64,000 nt of DNA from Neoechinorhynchus agilis (GCA_051530055.1 CM121341.1:3944761-4008760), one strand, 5' to 3'. Shown: positions 31,631 to 45,199, counted from the first letter of the stretch. Translations and numbers: made by a program. Notes: generated by a model from the sequence alone, not told the origin.

Positions 31631-32250
31631 GACCCAAAGGTGCATGGGTTCAATTCCTTTTAGCTAACAAACATAGTAAACGTGTTATTATTAATCTCAA
31701 CCCAAACGAACGTCTCTCGACCGGACCCATAATCAACTCAAAAATCAACAATCGCATTCATTGAACAAATTTGAACCCAACGGTTTATGAGGACCCAAAA
31801 GTACATCGATTCAATTCTTTTTATCTAACAAACATAGTAAAAGTGTTATTATTAATCCCCACCCAAGCGAACATCTCCGGACCGGATACTCCTAGCCAAA
31901 CGAACTTCCTCCTACCGGAAACGCACTCCCAAACGAAAATTTCTCGACATGAAGCGTAATCAACATCAAAATAAATAATCGCATTCATTGAATCAGAACC
32001 CGACACTTTATGAGGTCCCAAAAGTACATCGGTTCAATTCTTGTTATCTAACAAACATAATAAACGTAGTATTAATCCCCACCCAAACGAACGTCTCTCG
32101 GCCGGACATGTAATTACCTAAAAAATCGACAATCGCAATCAATGAACAAATCAGAACTCGACGGTTTATGAGAATCCAAAAGTACATGGGTTCAATTCTT
32201 GTTATCTAACAAATATAATAAACGTGTTATTATTAATCTATACCCAGGTG
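31631..32250. repeat. Degenerate tandem repeat, about 160-bp unit (about 3.5 copies, one with an insert)
   Basis: cccaaaagtacat.ggttcaattctt.ttatctaacaaaca recurs at about 31633, 31793, 32017 and 32176. Confidence 0.85.
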
Positions 32251-32269
32251 GAAAAGGCTTTAGAATCAG

Positions 32270-33760
32270 AAATCCTGGCAGAGAAAGCATTTTGGACTTT
32301 GCATCGACAAATAAACTTTGGATCACGAGCAATTTAAGAAAGAAGAACGACAACTTGTGACTTACAGCATCGGTGGTGGGAGAAAAACGCAAATCGATTA
32401 TATCTTCTATCCACAAGAAAAATGGAGAGAAATGAAAACCGTAAAAACTATACCGGTGAAACTTGCGCTTCTGAACACCGTTTACTGTGTATAAACCTGG
32501 AGATCAAGAACATCAAACGGCCCAAATACAGGATGCCTAGTAAAATCAAATGATGGCGACTTGATCAAACTCTATATCGTGGTGATCGATAATGCGGTGA
32601 CGAGGGACGTATGTAGAGTTTGCCATCGATTATTATGTGGTAGTAGTGTGGCAGCGCGTTGGTTGTTGTTAAGAAAGTGTTATGATAAAAGTTATCGGCA
32701 TTTCAAATCACGACATTGCGGATACGAGCATATGGTGGATTAAATCAGAGAAGGAAATTCGTAAAATTGGCAGAGAAACTCTTGGAATAACTACGAGTAG
32801 AAAAGGACCGAAGCAAGAAACTTGGTTGTGGAATGACGCGATGCAAAGGGCGATAACGGACCAAAAAAGTGCGAAAAGATGGATGCAGATCATGTTAGGA
32901 GACGAGAAAAAGATCTAAGAAAGCTGTGGCGACAGGAAAGCAAGAGGCAAATTCGATCTTCTATTCAAAGCTGCAAGAAGACAAAACAATGTCATATGGG
33001 TTCAAAGTGGTGAAGATCAGTGATCGATCGACATTACGAGGGTAAAACAAATTTAAAACAAAGATGGGAACATTTTGAGCGAAAAGAAGTTAAAGAAAGG
33101 TGAAAATAGTACTCCTATCAACTGCTGAACAGTAAGAATGGAGCAGAAAGAGTGCAAGAACCGAGGTCAAAGTTAAAGCAGCACTTTCTAAGATGAAAAA
33201 CGGGAAAGCGACGGGTCCAGACGAAATACCCATAAAGGTCTGGAATGTGCTTGAAGTTGATGCTGCTCAAGAGATACAGCTGCAGAAATTCGACAAATTT
33301 AAGTACTTCGGCTCTATAGCGTCGATGCAAAACGATATCTACGCCGCGATTTCATTGAGAATAAATAGCGGATTGATAAAGTGGAAAAGCCTAATTGGGA
33401 TCTTGTGTGATAGCAAAGTGCCTCTGGTGTTGAAAGGAAGAGTTTTCAAGATAGCAACCAGACCAGCCATGTTATATGGGGCGGAGAAATGGAACACCAC
33501 TGCAAATCAAATGAACATGATTAAGTGGATGTGTGGAGTGACCAGGCAAGACATTATTCCAAATAATGCGGTCCGGGGCTCAGCGAAGGTGGAGGACATG
33601 AAGGAAGCTATCGCGAAACAGAGGATCAAATGGAGCCATATGGTGAAAGGTGAAAAGCCGAATCGATTTATTCGAAAAGTTGGGGAAATTGAAATCGAAG
33701 GGAGCGCGGAAGGTCGAAAAAACTATGAAAAGAAAGTGTGGCTGGGGATCGACATTTAAG
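32270..33760 (+). mobile_element. RTE-clade LINE remnant with most of the RT deleted
   Basis: ETWLWNDAMQ, MKNGKATGPDEIP, KFKYFGS, LCDSKVPLVLKGRVFK...RPAMLYGAEKW, MIKWMCGVTRQD. Confidence 0.85.
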
Positions 33761-33984
33761 AGAGAAACAGGGCGGAGGGGTGTGTGAAGTCTTAGTACTG
33801 CTAGTTTTTGTGCGACCTCGAGAAGGGAAAAGCATGAAGAAAGTTGTTGCTGTGGATGCTAGCTGTCGACCTAAAAATTCCAGAAGCTCGAATAATTCGA
33901 GTGCACCATATTCCGGAAGACGATGTGGACGACTAGGCGGTTGAAACTATGATTCTTAAATATTTGCGATCGAAACGGTTTTAA

Positions 33985-35207
33985 AATCGATTGTTAGTTT
34001 CTATTCGAGAAAACTTGAAGCTGTCTGCCAGTTCAAAGATGAACTTTTTTACGTGACACCTTAGTAAACGAACGAAATAGCTACCAATTCGATTTATTCT
34101 ATTTTTTTGTGAAGCTATTTCGCTTTTCATTCCTGTAAACATCCCGACGTTGCCAGTGTACTGGCAGCGACATCGAGCAAGAAGACTACATTGCTACATT
34201 TCACAAATTAATTTTTTTGAAAAATTATAGCGTGTGCCAAATAATTACACGACCCGTGAATTCTTCTGTTTTTTCGTACCTTTCAAATTGCCGTCCGTTT
34301 TGTATTGCGCTGCATCCGCTTTCCTCGCGTCGTTCTGTTTGTTCTCCGATGAATTGAGCGATTTAGGTGCGGATGGTAGAAGCTTCGAACCGATTTGAAG
34401 GCGTCTTAGCGCTTCATTGTAAGTAATCCTTTTGATTTTTCAATGTTTGTTATTAAACATTTCAATTGGTTCATTGACCATCGCCAAAAACACTGCCGAA
34501 GGAAAAATTACTCAAATGAGAAACCACGATTTTTTTAGCTCCATACGAGCTATCGGCAGTGTTCATATCGTTTCAATGATTTCTCAAAAGCAATGCCAGT
34601 TTCCTTGAAGTCCTCCTTTGTACTCGTAAACACATCATTATCTATAAATCCCAATTTCATTTAAATTTTTTTATATATTCAGTCGGACTTGAAGCGTGCA
34701 AACTTTCCATATCGAGCTGCGCTTCTAAGCCGCTTACAATTCCTTTAATGCTCAACAACCGTACGACAAATCGATCAGAAAAGCATAGTGAAGAAATCAA
34801 ATTTCATTTGCATTCATTTTATGGGAATCAAGTATGGAAACAGAGCTGTAGATTATTGCCTTCGTTCCCGCGACGGCGTCTAAGCGCCTCATTGTAAGTA
34901 ATATTCCTAGAAATTATTGGAAACGTCGTTATTCCAATTTTCTTTTAAAAATTTAGGACCTAATTAGTGAAATCAATCTGTTGCATTGCCGAATTCTTTA
35001 AGATTTATCGGTTGTGTAAAATGTTCTAGATGAACGTTTCTTATCCTCATTTGTGCCTTAAGATAGTCGTAGTAAATGTTGGTCTTGTAGTTTGATTAAG
35101 CGTCCTTTAAAAACGAATAAATCTGAGTTTGATCCAGACGAAGATTTTGTATTATCAATGTTCCATTCAATATCCAAAATACGTGCTATTTTTTAAAACT
35201 TTTTAAA
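33985..35207. repeat. Second copy of the 17610-18614 segment
   Basis: Collinear match with small indels. Confidence 0.85.
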
Positions 35208-35209
35208 GA

Positions 35210-35650
35210 ATAATCATGGGGATTAGTGTTTTGCACCGATTAAAATGACCCGCCGGTGGTTTAGTTTCCAGACATTTGCTGTCTCCCGAGAGGATCCACC
35301 CATCATTAAAGTTTGATCCCACGACATTCCCAACTTTAACATTGAAGGAGCGACTCCTGGATTAGGTAATTTGACAATGTTGAGTTTAGCAGGTTCAGAT
35401 TTAGTAGCGAGAACTACAGCTAAAAAGGTTGATAAATGTTATTGATAAAGGAATAATGCCGTCACTGGCATTGCCGAGACGTAGCTCTTAATGGCTTCGT
35501 CACGCCCAGTAAACCCAGTATCGGTGCCGCCGTCAGTCTTCGTCCAATCCACATTGGTGCCACTGTCGCTATTGACGCCCCTGTCTGCATTGGTGCCATC
35601 CGTCCCAATGTTTCGATTCCTTATAATTCCTTTTGCGGTCCTCGTAACGG
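35210..35650 (-). other. Fragment homologous to the unidentified decayed ORF at 54660-54975
   Basis: Minus frame RNIGTDGTNADRGVNSDSGTNVDWTKTDGG...RDEAIKSYVSAMPVTALFLYQ*HLSTFLAVVLAT; DNA match to 54830-54975. Confidence 0.6.
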
Positions 35651-35702
35651 GCGAAGAATAAATAGCGTGCGCGTTTGCAAATTAAAAACATTTGCTAAGT
35701 CG

Positions 35703-35900
35703 ATTTTATTATGGGTTTTACTTGAAAATAGTAAATTATCTCCATGTAAAATCTATCATTAAGGCTAAATTAACTTGTTGCTAAGGATGGCCTTAAACTA
35801 ATGAATGAACGAAGCCACTTTCGGTTTCGCATCTTCATCCGTGCACCGTTCATCATTGGTACTTGTATTGTGAATATCTTCGCTGTCCACTTCGCAATTT
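35703..35900 (-). pseudogene. Orphaned 3' end sharing the mucin genes' terminal segment
   Basis: Same about 150-bp segment as 19960-20105 (AATAAA; cggatgaag.tgcgaaaccgaaagtggcttcg), preceded by different acidic coding-like sequence (VDSEDIHNTSTNDERCTDEDAKPKVASFIH*). Confidence 0.5.
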
Positions 35901-36029
35901 GTGCAGTCGTTGTCGCAATGTTAAGGATTTCCCTAAGTTCAGAAGTAGGCATACGATTCTGCAGCAACTCCATTTTCACTAATAATCGATTTCACGGTAA
36001 ATGTAGATGGCGTCAAAAGTATTCCTAAT

Positions 36030-37975
36030 ATGGCATTTTAAACATTGCACATGAATTCGTTGCAGTTTGACCTGAATCCGTCTATCATGTTGGAGGTCTT
36101 GATGCACCCGCACTCGATCGACAATATAAGACGGCAGAATATTATTTCGAAAACATCGTCTGAGGAACATGATCCGTTGCTCGCCAACTTTAATCTCTCC
36201 CCCATCGCAGCCGAAAATATCGATTTCTCCAATCGCATGTTGATAATAGCGAGAACTGCTGCTTTGTTTCCAAGTCGCATGTTAAATCAATCTTTTTTTA
36301 TATATTTTGACAACCGACCGGAACAAGACTTGCTATTTTGGCCGAGCTTTCGTCGTTTTACGACTTCGACAAGGGGCCCGCATGCAGGATTTCTCAACTC
36401 CTGCCAATGGCTGTTAGTCCGTTGATACAGAGGACGGTCTTATATGTGCGAAACGTCGAAGGGTTGCTTGAAATCCTACAAACAATACATAGGGATCTCA
36501 CAAATTGTCGTGTGATGTCCTTTGACTTTGAATCGCTCTATACAAACGTAAACAATAACGCAGCAGTAAGAGCGCTGGAGAAGATGTTGCACAAGTTCAA
36601 AGACGAGGTCAATCTCTTTGGGATGCAGCCGGCCGATGTGATTCATCTCACACGGATAGTGCTAGAGTGCAACCTCTTTCAATGCGGGAACCGCTACTAT
36701 CGGCAAATTCACGGACTGTTTATGGTTAATAGTATAGCTCGTGTCTTAGTTGTCATTTTCCTGAATGATTTGGGAAGGCAAAGCATCTTCCCACACTTAG
36801 CGTCGAGTCAGATTTACCTCCGCTATGTGGATGATGTTCTGTTCACCTACACGGAAGATGATCGAGTGAACGCCGTGCAATGTCCGTTGAATTCCATGGA
36901 TGCAACAAGACGAATAAAAGTAACTAAAGACAATCCGTCGGATTACCTTCCTTTCTTGAACATGTTGTTAAATGTCAATGATCGAAGGGAATTCATTTGT
37001 ATCGTAAGCCATGCCGGAAGGCGATAGTTATACATCGCGATTCCCAAAACGCCCAAGTTATTAAGCAGGCAATTTACACCCAGATGCATAAGACCGCACG
37101 AAGTTGCCCATCATCCGATGCAAAAGTAAGGAAATCAAGCAGCTTCAAATGCGTTCAGAAAGGGTAAATCAGCAAGGAAGCGATGGTTTTTACGAAGAAT
37201 CAGTCCGACGTCAAGCCGATTCTGAAGATACCGTTTGTCAGCGAGCAATTTACGAGCGACGTTAAACGACTGCTGCAAAAGTCGGGACTGGATGTACGCT
37301 TAGTATACCGAAATGCACCCACCCTGCGCCGAATACTGACGAGGAAAGGGCATCATGAATCGCCCAGTGAATGTCCAAAATCATGCATGGTGTGCAGCTA
37401 TTCGCCGGGCACAAGCAGGGACAAGAAAGGAGAACGAGAAGTATCTCTTTGTAGCCGTAGCAACGCCGTTTATTAAATCTCGTGTGAACGATGCAAGGCA
37501 GATGCCAATCGAAAGTTTTTTATATCGGGAAAACAGAACGACCGTTGTACAAACGCGTCACTGGACACGTCCGCAATGCGCTGAACCTCAATGCACCATC
37601 GTACCAAACGACACCATGGGCCGAGCATTATTTGCGTGGTCATCCGGACGGGGAAATACAGCTTTCCACGGATATTGGGTATATTTCCCAGGATCCGGTG
37701 GATTTGGCGATCACGGAGGAACTGCTGATCTCTCTTGTGAGACGAAAAGGGTGACTCGTGAAGGTGCTCAACAAGGGGATGAGGAAATATAGACACACCT
37801 CCGTCCATGATGTTATTGTGTGTTGGCATAATATGTCCACCTCGTGTTTTAGACGACCCTGTCGAACTCGTAAAACGACGAAGGCTCGGCCAAAATAATG
37901 AAAATCTTGTTACGGTCGATTGTCAGAGTATATAAAAAGAGTGATTAAACCTGCGACTGGGAAACCAAGCAGCAG
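36030..37975 (+). mobile_element. Penelope-like family A, most complete copy (RT, thumb, GIY-YIG), disrupted
   Basis: SFDFESLYTNV, YRQIHGL, LRYVDDVL, LPFLN, YIGKTERPLYKRVTGH. Confidence 0.9.
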
Positions 37976-38120
37976 TTCACGCTATTATGATTTTATTCTG
38001 GGGTTTACTTGAAAATCGTAAATTATTTCCACGTAAAATCTATCACTATGGCTAATTTAATTTGTAGCTAAGGATGGTCTTAACTAATGACTGAACGAAG
38101 CCACTTTCGGTTTCGCACCT

Positions 38121-39654
38121 TCATCCGTGCACCGTTTTTTGAACATTGCTGACATCATAGTCGTCATCATAGTCGTATTCATCGCTACTTTCGTCGTCAT
38201 AGTCGTATTCATCACTACGGTCATCGTCATATTCCTCACTGCCGTCATCGTCGTATTCATCAATACGGTCATCGTCGTCATCCTGTACTTCATTGTCGTC
38301 ATCATCCCAACCGTCATCTCTGCTATCATTATCGCCGTCCTCGTAGCCGTTTTCGCCCTCCTCAGTAGTTCTTTCCTCTGAAGTGTTAGTCTCCGCTGTG
38401 AATGTTATTCCCTCGGAAGTAGTAGTCTCATCTGCGGTTGTTGTTTCAGTAGTGAAAGTCTCCTCTGTGGTTGTGGTCTCCTCCGTATTTGATTCCTCTG
38501 TCGTTGTGGTCGCCTCATCAGTTGTTTCTTCTGTAGTCGAGCTCTCTTCTGTTGTTGCTTCTTCAGTAGTGGTGGTCTCCTCTGTTGTTGTAATCACCTC
38601 CATAGTTCTTTCCTCTGTTGTTGTTTCTTCTGTTTTTGTTATTTCCCCTGGGCTTGATATTTCCTCTGTTGTAGTAGCCTGCTCTGGGGTTGTTGTTGTT
38701 GCTTTTGTAGTGGTCTCCTCATTGGTGGTCTTTTCAGTGAATGTTTCTTCTGCTGTGGTAGCATCCTTTGTTGTTGTTTCCTCTGTAGTGCGGGTCTCCT
38801 CAGTAGATGTATCCTCTGTTGTGGTATCCTGTGTTTTTGCATTTCTTCTGAATTTGCCATTTCATCTGTAGTTGTTGCTTCTGTAGTGGTCTCCCCTTGG
38901 TGGTCTCTTCAGTGGATGTTTCCTCTGATGTGCTAGTCTCCTCCGTAGTTGTTTCCTCTGTTGTGGTATCCTGTGTTTTTTCTATTTCCTCTGAATTTGC
39001 TATTTCATCTGTAGTTGTTGCTTCTGTAGTGGTCTCCCCGTTGGTGGTCTCTTCAGTGGATGTTTCCTCTGATGTGCTAGTCTCCTCCGTAGTTGTTTCC
39101 TCTGTTGTGGTATCCTGTGTTTTTTCTATTTCCTCTGAATTTGCTATTTCCTCTGTGGTTGTTGCTTCTGTAGTGGTCTCCCCATTGGTGGTCTCTTCAG
39201 TGGATGTTTCCTCTGATGTGCTAGTCTCCTCCGTAGTTGTTTCCTCTGTTGTTGTTTCCTCTGTTGTTGTTTCCTCTGCTGTGCTAGTCGCCTCCGTAGT
39301 TGTTTCCTCCGTTGTTGTATCCTGTGTTTTTGGTATTTCCTCTGAGTTCGCTATTTGCTCTGTTGTGGTAGTCTCCTCTGTGATTGTTTCCTCTGTGATT
39401 GTTGTCTCCTCCATAGTCGTTGGTTGGGCTGTTGAAGATTTTCTGCTATTTGGCTGACAAAATGTTAAAATATATTGATTGCAATAAAGGTCGGAATTAT
39501 AGTCATCTTGTTTTCCGGCGTTGTGAGGCTCAAATTTTACTGAAAAGTTGTTCGGAATTTGTGTGTTGATGTAATCACTTTGTGAAGGTAATCCTGCAAC
39601 GAGGTGAATCATGGTAGCAATTAGGGCAATTGTTATTAGTCGAATGATATCCAT
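38121..39654 (-). pseudogene. Mucin-like gene copy 2, frameshifted in the repeat region
   Basis: Same N- and C-termini as copies 1 and 3. Single-base deletions relative to sister repeats near 38841 and 38895 split the ORF. These could be assembly errors. Confidence 0.75.
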
Positions 39655-40654
39655 CGTTTTTGTGGTGATTCGTGTTCAATACATTCCATAGAGACTTTCG
39701 TGAGGCTTTATCTTTCCTGTGTGTGTCACAAACTCCGCTTCATATGTTGATCGTTGTTGTCGCATTGATAGAAAGGGAGATATACTCAGTTTACTTTATT
39801 GCGTCTAGGTTTGTTTTTATTGACAAACATTTGTGTTTGTTTATTATACTGGTACAAACACTTGACGATTATATTTTTGTTTTTTATAGCTCTGAATATT
39901 TATGTGTTTTTATTCTTCCAACGTAATTTTATGAGTAATGTTGAGGTCCGGTAGATTTTTTGTATAGTATTGCCATGAAATTTTTTCTAAAAGCGAAAAT
40001 CTCTCAAGTAACACACTCCCAATTCTAAATCTTGACAAACGACCCGCCATTCATCATTTATCCATCCTCTTCAATGTTTCTTTGGTTTCTCTGGTTTTGT
40101 TTGTTCGATGGATTCGCACGCTCGAGAATTAACATTTTATTTTTATTTATCACTAGAACAGCCCTCCCAAGTGTCCATTTAAAGATAAAGTTTGATAAAT
40201 TTGGAATATAAAAATAGTCTTGCGTGAAGCACTTCATTAGAAAGTCTTGTGTTCAATGCACGAAAAATGTCTATGAAGATCTTGGCCCGTTACTAATTTA
40301 GCATTAGATCGTTCAACTTTAGCTTACTGCAATCAACCGCAAACATACACCGTTACTCTTCTTAATTAAGCTCAAAATTAACATTTTATTTGTCTTTATC
40401 ATTGCTACGGCGAACCCAAGTGTCAATTAAAAATTAAATTTGATCAATCATGCAGCTGGAAAGTTAAGTAGTATTTCGCTAGACCTTGCTATTAAAGGTT
40501 TGTATTTTATGATGGTTTATAATCGAAACCCCAATAATTACACTTGATTCGGACATGTCGCGCAATTTTTTTGTTAAAAAACTGCGCTCTGACACAAATT
40601 TCGAATAATAGAGATTTATGCAACCCCGATCCTCCAGATGACCGATGAGGGGGT

Positions 40655-42630
40655 TAGATGGAGGTTGATTTTGATAATGCGAAGGAACCTTCTCTAGAAA
40701 GAGGAATGGAAGTGGATGAGGATCCTGCTAAGGTTAGTTATGAGTGCGTGCGGTATCCAAGTTACCCCGAGAAAAAGGTGGTTATTGATGGTAATGTTTT
40801 TCTGCCCCCCCACCAAAGAAGGAATCTGAAGGAAAACTGCTCAGAAAATAAAGAAGATGTGGTGGCTATGACGGATAACGTTTTTTTCGGACCCTCACCA
40901 AGTCTACAGTCGGCAAAGGGGTGAATATGAGACTGCGCGTCTCAAGAATAATGGGTTCTCGGCCCCCCATCATGATTTGGGTAACTTGAGGATGGGAACA
41001 GCATTCCAGAGATTGCCTAGACTAAAAGAGGACTTCTGAATAAGAGTAAAAAGAGAAAACTTGGGAACTTTTACGATAAACTGTCTAATAAAGGAATATT
41101 ATAAAAAGTTCTTGGAACCTAGTAAGCTTACGAAACAGCAGGTATTCCAAATTAAAAAAGCGGTGAACACCAAATGGGTAGTTTTTGTTTTTTTCTTCGG
41201 AATGGAGGGCTTAAAAAGTTTTAAAGGAATTTTTGAGGAAAAGAAAATTACACTTGACGATATATCTCCGAGATCTACTCTTCTTATGCTTAATCCACCC
41301 CCAGACCTCAGTAAGGAAGAGTTCCAGGAAATATGAAAGGTGTTTGGCGTTGACCCAAATAAATATTTAAGAAAAAATCCAACAATAGATCCATAATGCG
41401 ATTTTAGCTGCGGGAACCCAAGACACGATTAATAAAATTAAAGGGCGGAATTTTCCGTTTTTGGCTTACTGGATAGAATTTCCAAGTCAAAATAAAACAT
41501 CAATACATGATTTCATTCTAACCCAATGCGAAAAGTGTTGTCAATGTGGGCACAGAACCTGGGAGTGCAATAACGAAATCAAATGTATGTTTTGCTCAGA
41601 AAACCATGGTAAGGAACAATGTAGTAGCAATAATAGACTGTGTTGCCCTAACTGCGGAGCAGGGCATCAAGGTATCAGGAGAGTATGTCCTGCCGTTATA
41701 AGATATTGGAAAAGTGTCAACAAGGACACATCTTCAGGGAATGACTGGGTAGGATTTAAGCACAACCAGACTTCCTGGCCCGAAATCAATGAAGATAGGT
41801 ATTTAGAGAGAGAGGTGCAGTCCCTAGCAAGTAAGATAAAAGAATTGAACGAAAAAATGGTAGTATTAATAGGTGAAATTGACAAAAAAGATAAAAAAAT
41901 AGACGAACTGCAGAAGGAAAACGGGAGTTTAAAGGCGGAACTAAGAAAGCGAGAAGGCAGTGAAGCTTCATTAGAATCAAGTTCAGATATAGAGGAAATA
42001 GTAATTACCTCTGGTAACAGTGGAAAAGTGGCGCAACCAGAAAAGCAAATTACAAAAAAAGAACAGGGGAGGGAACATAATATCAAATAAAAATGGAAGC
42101 ACGGGAGGTAAGAGGGGGAAAACCTCATGATCAAACATAATTTAATACGATAAGGCCCATAAATTACCTAAATCATAATTTTAATATTATAACATATAAT
42201 ATTTCGAAAATTTCAACATTATCTAATTTCTTGAAACAGGCGATAAATTGGGACTACGAAATTTTTTGTATGCAGGAGACAGGGGAACAACCCCTTATTG
42301 AAAACTTGGATTACATTACTGTAGTATTAGCCCCTATAAATAATGGTAATTCCCCTAATAATGAAATGGGTTTCTCGGGAGTATTACAAACAACGGTTCA
42401 TAAGCCCCTCTGTCCAAAAATTATTAGTGCAATCCAAAACCGTAAACTATGCCATCCAAATAATTTCTATAAGTAATTTTTAAAGGAAGAAGGCTCTAAT
42501 CGGGCTAGACTCATTCTAGGCAACTTATATATCGCCCAAAAAATATTTTTCAAAAAAACGTAGAGAAATGGTTGCTAGAATGGAAACCGGACTTGGTACT
42601 GGGGGACTTCAACTCAAATATAGCGGTGGC
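40655..42630 (+). mobile_element. I/Jockey-like LINE 5' half: ORF1 with three zinc knuckles and start of AP endonuclease
   Basis: CEKCCQCGHRTWEC, CMFCSENHGKEQC, CPNCGAGH; then ITYNI...IFCMQET and LGDFNS; disrupted. Confidence 0.82.
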
Positions 42631-43653
42631 ACTGAATCACTGGTCTTCGAACTATAACGTTCATATGTCGAGCTCACCCACCTTCCACTCGAAAAACTCC
42701 CACTTGTAGTTCAACACAAAAAAAACCAACGCTCGCTGTTTTCTAGTTGTACCCCATGCACCACGCGTGCCGCCACATATTTGTATTTCTTCTCATAAGT
42801 CTATAAAATAGATTTCCTTCCAGTTTAATCACATTCTTATTTTCACCCACATGCAAGTCAAAATATTCGTACTCAAACAAAAATAAGCTTTAATGTACCA
42901 CTAAAAGTACGTTGCCTTTGTAAATAAGGGAATAGAGATTCTCGCCCTACTCACGATCTTTTGTCATTGCCCATTCGTTTACTTTTGTGAGATTCGTAAT
43001 GAGCTTGCCTTAATGTAAACATAAAGAAAATTTTTGTTTCGTGGAATTTGGGGTCCTTACTTATAGTAGCCGCAAAATGGACAAAATATTTGAGAACTGT
43101 TAACGAGAACCCGAGCTTTCTGGAGTTTAATAAAATTCAATTAAAATCCATGCTTCAAAGAAAGGTTGATAAGCAATTATAGCATGAGAACGATTCAGAT
43201 GTATATATACATTATTATTTAATTTTAATTTGATTGAGGACATTAACGATTATACTGCTTGCTTGCTCTTCCCTATCAAAATATAGAATGCTATAGTAGA
43301 GTTGCGTTAAAGTTCAAGTGCGTGAAGAAAAGTCGATGGGTAAAATCTTTACAGCATTATCTTTTAGACTATTTAGAAAATGCGTGAAAACCGCATTAAA
43401 ATTTGCCTTTTAAAGAGCACTATCATCACCCAGATTTTTAGTATAAAAATCATCACTTTCTTTTTAACAAAATGTTATTAATTTAAAAAAGTGTGACCTG
43501 AAGATTGTAAATTAAAATTTATAGAAATTTGAAACATACATACTAAAATTGTAGCACTTTAAAGAAGAAAATTTAAAGTTGGGACTTGACAGGGAATACA
43601 CATTTAAAAAATTACATGTTTTATTAGTAACCAAAAATAAAGTTTCCTTGCAT

Positions 43654-44383
43654 TCAATCAAACCAATATTGGGATGTTCTGCACAATATTGGGTAGACCT
43701 TCATTTCCAATACCACGCCGTAAAATTTAGCATTCACAAGCTTATAACAAGGATTTTCATGGAGCTCATCCAGAAAACGGTTTCTGTATCCTGTTTTGAA
43801 ATCATAATGCTCCTGACCATTACAAAGACGATAATTGCAGCGATCATTATTATCCCAAAAACCAGAGTTATTAATCGATGCTGGGTTGTCGCAAAAACAA
43901 ATTGCAAAATCCACCGATTTAACTTTTTCCCAAAGTTGAATCTCAAAAATAAATCGACTTGTTCGGCAATCGTATGAATTTTTTAAGTAGTTTGTGTCCA
44001 ACTATTGACGGTGTAACGAATAAAAACTCGTTTTTCGAAGATATGATTATCTAAAAGTTTTATTTGACCCGTTACTTTTTCCTGATATAATGTCGCTTTT
44101 TCAATACCTACATGCTGAACTTCCAATCGCCTTTGAAAAGTTTGTATATTTGTATAATATGTAAGATTGCACATTTGGAAAGCAGTTTGAACGAAGAATT
44201 TGTTCTACAGAAACAAAAGCATTGAAGGTTTTGAACTCGATATGTGCACGTAAGCTCATTACCTCGAGAGAGAATGATGAAGGAATCAAATAATGTGATT
44301 GACTGGATGGTAATTAGCTTTTCATCCTTAATTTTACACCATAAAAATTGATGCTTGATCTCATTAAGAAGATTTATGGCCAT
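43654..44383 (-). pseudogene. PPP1R3: PP1 glycogen-targeting subunit (PPP1R3 family, CBM21 domain), frameshifted
   Basis: FQRRLEVQHVGIE...VTGQIKLLDNHIFEKRVFIRYTVNSW, then in another frame RFIFEI...VDFAICF...FWDNNDRCNYRL (CBM21 signature). Confidence 0.75.
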
Positions 44384-44765
44384 GAATGGATGCGACCTAT
44401 TTGTGTGACAATCAGGAGATCGGTTTTACAACTAAAGACAATTACGCAAAGAGCGGAAAATTGCTTAAGTTTCTCAATTTAAAACAGGAATTATTGTTTT
44501 CAAAAGAGTAATGGCCACCTCGCCGAACATGGAAATATCCCGACTAAAGACTGTATCGCAGATAATAAAGCAGTTTGTAGTTAACAAACCGGTTACTTTT
44601 TTTAGTTTTACATTGCTCGATGACTCACTGGTATACGACAGCAAAGAACGAAGTAGATTTAACTCGCCGCTGGTTGCAAAAAGCGAGACTTTGTTCTTAG
44701 AACGAAATACCTTTAACTAAGCGTTGGTTCTAAATAACGAGACTGTTCTTAGAACTCAAATCTTA

Positions 44766-45199
44766 ATGGAGAAATACATTGTAGACGAAAAAGAGCAAAC
44801 TCACATTACAGGTATGATAGTATATTTTCTTAAAATCATTTTGTGTATAGAGCCGTCACCGCCATACCCTGCAGCTGCCGCAGGGCCGGTTCCATCGCAG
44901 TCAAATATTCCACCAAATAACGCAGTGCTGGAATCAATTCCAGTGAACATAACGTGTCCTCATTGTCATCAACAAGTAATCACAAAAGTTGAATACAAAA
45001 CCGGTGTGATCACTTGGGTCGTATGCGCTGCCATTCTAGTCGTCGGGTAAGATTTGTGCGAAATTTCCGACTTTGATTCACTAAAAATAGATTGTGGTGC
45101 GGTTGTTGTCTTGTGCCGTTCATGTCAGATAGTACTAAAGACGCACTTCACCGATGCCCGAATTGCAACAGCTACATAGGACTCCATAAAAAACTTTGA
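44766..45199 (+). CDS. LITAF: LITAF-domain protein, 3 exons (44766-44811, 44851-45046, 45091-45199), 116 aa
   Basis: PSPPY motif, CPHC, hydrophobic stretch, CCLVPF and HRCPNC. GT-AG introns of 39 and 44 nt give a 351-nt in-frame CDS. Confidence 0.93.

Noticed and set aside
42760-42900. Minus frame GENKNVIKLEGNLFYRLMRRNTNMWR resembling a FLYWCH domain
   Set aside because: Short, lacks the Cys/His ligands, and has no associated transposase or TIRs.
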